A stretch of 64,000 nt of DNA from NCBI GenBank assembly GCA_977020255.1, contig CDROCS010003917.1, positions 124,001 to 188,000 on the forward strand. Reading direction: 5' to 3'. Position numbers and translations under genes: made by a program. The notes under the pieces are model-generated. The model made no database searches. It had not been told where the DNA came from and saw only the letters and a program-made list of their open reading frames with translations. Of this stretch, positions 61,136-64,000 are shown in pieces. The DNA comes from Obrimoposthia wandeli (Eukaryota). The stretch's first letter is position 1; each line of letters starts with the position of its first letter.

Positions 61136-62098
61136 ATGAAAAAAACGATAAAACTGAAACGATTGGGATTAGAAATTTGGCAGGTTTACTTCACATTATT
61201 GAAGGTAATGGTACCTGCAATTATCATCGTTAAAATCCTCGATGAAATTGGTGGCACTTTATGGTTAGCTAAATTTTTAGCACCAGTTATGCAGTTAATT
61301 GGATTACCTGAAAGTATGGGAATTGTTTGGGCTAGTGCTATCTTGACAAACATATATACAACGATGATTGTTTTTGTGGATGTATCTGCTCCATTGCATT
61401 TAAGTGTGGCGCAAGTATCAGTGGTTGGTATTCTAATCTTACTGTCGCATTCATTACCTATAGAGGGAGCAGTAGCCAAGATGGTTGGCGTTAATTGGTG
61501 GCTAACTGTTTTACTACGAATTGGTGGATCGCTTATTCTAGCTGCAAGTATTAATGGTTTATATGGGTATTTTGATTATCAACAGCAAGAAGCGGTATTG
61601 TTATGGCAAGGCAACACGGGTGAACAAAGCTTGATGTCGTGGGGATTGGATCAACTGATTTTATGTTTTAGCATCTTTTTTATCATTGCTACGCTAATTA
61701 TTATGTTACGCATCTTGCGAAAAATAGGTGTGGAAGCATTACTTCAGCGCTTACTGTCTCCATTGTTACGATTACTGACGATAGGGCGTGAAGCAACTAA
61801 CATCACAATTATTGGTATTACGCTAGGTTTAAGTTTTGGTGCTGGTTTACTAATAGCTGAAGTTAAGAAAGGTGTGTTAAGTAAACGAGATATAATATTG
61901 AGTGTTTGTTTCTTGAGCTTGGCACATAGTTTAATTGAAGATACTTTACTTATTTTGCTGCTAGGAGCCGATATAGTGGCCGTGCTGTGGATTAGATTTT
62001 TCTTTGCTGTAATAACGATAGCTATAATAGCTAGAATAATTAAAGAGCCTGACCATGTGAAGAAGCCTGAAGTTGAAATTAAACACGAAACTAGCTAA
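61136..62098 (+). CDS. Multi-pass membrane protein with nucleoside-recognition (Gate) domains
   Basis: LAPVMQLIGLP, LLSHSLPIEG and LAHSLIEDT repeated Gate-type motifs; highly hydrophobic. Confidence 0.7.
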   Translation: MKKTIKLKRLGLEIWQVYFTLLKVMVPAIIIVKILDEIGGTLWLAKFLAPVMQLIGLPESMGIVWASAILTNIYTTMIVFVDVSAPLHLSVAQVSVVGILILLSHSLPIEGAVAKMVGVNWWLTVLLRIGGSLILAASINGLYGYFDYQQQEAVLLWQGNTGEQSLMSWGLDQLILCFSIFFIIATLIIMLRILRKIGVEALLQRLLSPLLRLLTIGREATNITIIGITLGLSFGAGLLIAEVKKGVLSKRDIILSVCFLSLAHSLIEDTLLILLLGADIVAVLWIRFFFAVITIAIIARIIKEPDHVKKPEVEIKHETS

Positions 62099-62225
62099 TT
62101 CAACCTTTAGCCTTCGAACCCCAATTTTTTATAACGGTGCTAGATATTATATATCAGCACCGATTATTTAAGAACTTTTGCACTTACCAACACTGCACAA
62201 GATTGTTGATATTATGCAGTGAGTA

Positions 62226-63125
62226 TTACGGTATTATTTCTTCAGCGGCTTTAGCTAAAATCCACTCTTTGAAGCAATTAACTTGCAAGTTGTCTTTTTT
62301 ATTATCTGGTATTACTAAGTAATAACAGTCATCTGTATCTATTGCTTCTCCTAACTGAACAACTGATTCTTGCTCTAATTCACGATCGATAAAATAGGTG
62401 GGTAATAGAGCAATACCCAAATTAGCATTCAGTGCAGATATAATCATTGAAAATTGATCAAAGCTAAGATGATTATTTTGGCTAATATCTAATGAATGTA
62501 GATCGAACCAATCTTTCCAGCTGCCCAAACGACTCGTCATTTGTAATAAATTTTGCTGTTCTAAATCTTGTAGTTTATTAATGGGATTTTGCTGCAAATA
62601 TTTGCGCGAAGCAACAGGTACCATTTGCTCTTTACTTAATAAATAGCATTGTGCTTGTGGCCAATTGGGTTTACCAAAGTGAATCGCTATGTCAGCGAGT
62701 TTATCGCTAAACGTAAAGGGCTTAGTACGAGAGCTAAAGCTCAGCGCAATATTAGGGTTTTGCTGGATGAAACTATCGAGTTTAGGAATGATCCAGCGGC
62801 TGGTAAAAGTAGGTAGTGCTGCTATATTGAGAGATGATTTGGCACCGACAGACATAGCCCTTAACATTGCATCTTCAGTAATATGTAATATTTTTTTAGC
62901 GTCGTCTAAAAATCGAATACCAGTGTCAGTTAACACTACACGCTGTCTGACTCGCTTGAATAGTGAAACGCCTAACTGGTTTTCTAAATCTTTAATCTGC
63001 CTACTGATAGCGCTTTGTGTCAAATGAAGCTCTATTGCAGCTTGCGTAAAGCTGCAATGTTTTGCTGCGGCGACAAAGCTATGTAAATTGTGAATATTGG
63101 GAATATGCTTTTTGAGTAAGGTCAT
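62226..63125 (-). CDS. LysR-family regulator (GcvA-like)
   Basis: SFTQAAIELHLTQSAISRQIKDLE..LFKR HTH, WIIPKL and GIALLP motifs. Confidence 0.92.
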   Translation of the reverse strand: MTLLKKHIPNIHNLHSFVAAAKHCSFTQAAIELHLTQSAISRQIKDLENQLGVSLFKRVRQRVVLTDTGIRFLDDAKKILHITEDAMLRAMSVGAKSSLNIAALPTFTSRWIIPKLDSFIQQNPNIALSFSSRTKPFTFSDKLADIAIHFGKPNWPQAQCYLLSKEQMVPVASRKYLQQNPINKLQDLEQQNLLQMTSRLGSWKDWFDLHSLDISQNNHLSFDQFSMIISALNANLGIALLPTYFIDRELEQESVVQLGEAIDTDDCYYLVIPDNKKDNLQVNCFKEWILAKAAEEIIP

Positions 63126-63346
63126 GCATCTATATTTTCAATTTATGTGTATATCGCATGTTATTGTAGTTTTTACTAATATGCTATGACGATAGCGTAT
63201 TAACTGGTTAAAGCTTTAACTGAAAAAATAGTAAAAACGTTTCACTAAATACCCTTAAGAGGCTATTTCAGAATGAAAACTCGAAAGTGTTCATTCTGAA
63301 ATAGTTTATGGCAATCTTGTTATTTAAACATTAAGTCTTTAGCTCA

Positions 63347-64000
63347 CTATAGTCCGACTAAAATACTGGGTAAATAAGTAGCGGTTGCAGGCCAAACGGC
63401 CACAACTACAAGCACTAAGAGCTGCATTAACACAAAGGGTAATACTCCCCAATACATGTGTTTATAAGTTAAACTTTTTGGTGCTATCGAGCGAAGGTAG
63501 AAGATAGACGGGGCCATTGGAGGCGTTAGGTAAGAGGTTTGAATAACAACCATTACCATAATTGCAAACCAAATAGGATCAATGCCAGCAGCTTTAATAA
63601 AAGGTGTAAAAATAGGAATGCATATCAAAACGATAGAAATCCAATCTAATACGAAGCCAGCAACGAAGACGATGGCTAAAAAGAAAATGATCAAGCCGGT
63701 TTTTTCAAATCCAAAATAGCCAACTAAATCACGCACTAACTGGCCACCTCCTGATACTGCAAATAAGCTGGTAAACATAGTACCGCCAACAATAATTAGC
63801 ATTATCATTGCCGTTACTCGAATCGTGACTTGTAGAGCTGCTATTAGATTTTTATAGCTTAGCTCGTTGAACAAAGCTGCTAAAATTAGTGCACCTATAG
63901 CACCCACTGCCGCGGCTTCTGTCGGTGAGGCGGCCCCGGCTAATAAAGAGCCTAATACAGCAAAGATTAGCACTAATGGGGGGACCATTGCTTTGAAGGT
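63347..64000 (-). CDS. dctM: TRAP transporter large permease DctM, C-terminal part (5' end outside the window)
   Basis: ASPTEAAAVGA, GIDPIWF and TSYLTPPMA motifs. Confidence 0.85.
   Translation of the reverse strand, partial: TFKAMVPPLVLIFAVLGSLLAGAASPTEAAAVGAIGALILAALFNELSYKNLIAALQVTIRVTAMIMLIIVGGTMFTSLFAVSGGGQLVRDLVGYFGFEKTGLIIFFLAIVFVAGFVLDWISIVLICIPIFTPFIKAAGIDPIWFAIMVMVVIQTSYLTPPMAPSIFYLRSIAPKSLTYKHMYWGVLPFVLMQLLVLVVVAVWPATATYLPSILVGL

Noticed and set aside
63347-64000. dctM as the transport partner of the binding protein at 2373-3443
   Set aside because: They are 60 kb apart, and dctM's own operon lies outside the window, so no link can be supported.

Overview
AT-rich chromosomal window of a gammaproteobacterium; the 16S sequence and the fliK-like/ccm/zipA/ligA gene order suggest an Oceanospirillales- or Pseudomonadales-like marine organism (inference). 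From left to right: (1) a decayed IS3-family remnant fused to the 3' end of a membrane PAS-GGDEF-EAL gene, which lies 6 bp downstream of an orphan lipoprotein TRAP-type solute-binding protein; (2) a PTS-independent N-acetylgalactosamine (aga) locus with a sugar ABC transporter, ROK kinase, deacetylase, AgaS, KbaZ/AgaZ and AgaR, but no AgaY; (3) a BetI-like TetR and a dimethylarginine dimethylaminohydrolase beside an amino-acid ABC permease pseudogene, with a shared candidate operator; (4) a BarA/GacS-like hybrid kinase; (5) the NAD-dependent formate dehydrogenase operon fdsGBA-fdhD-fdsD; (6) a FlhB-tail/FliK-like pair with a sigma-28-type promoter; (7) ccmABCDEFGHI, a very long zipA, ligA, mnmC and ugd; (8) an OmpR-family two-component system with two copies of a 27-bp binding site; (9) a tRNA-less rRNA operon with a hairpin repeated in both spacers and a decayed second 5S copy; (10) an Lrp regulator with a Gate-domain membrane protein, a LysR regulator and a partial TRAP dctM. 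No CRISPR array, prophage, tRNA gene or intact transposase was seen. All calls come from motif recognition by eye; no searches were run.
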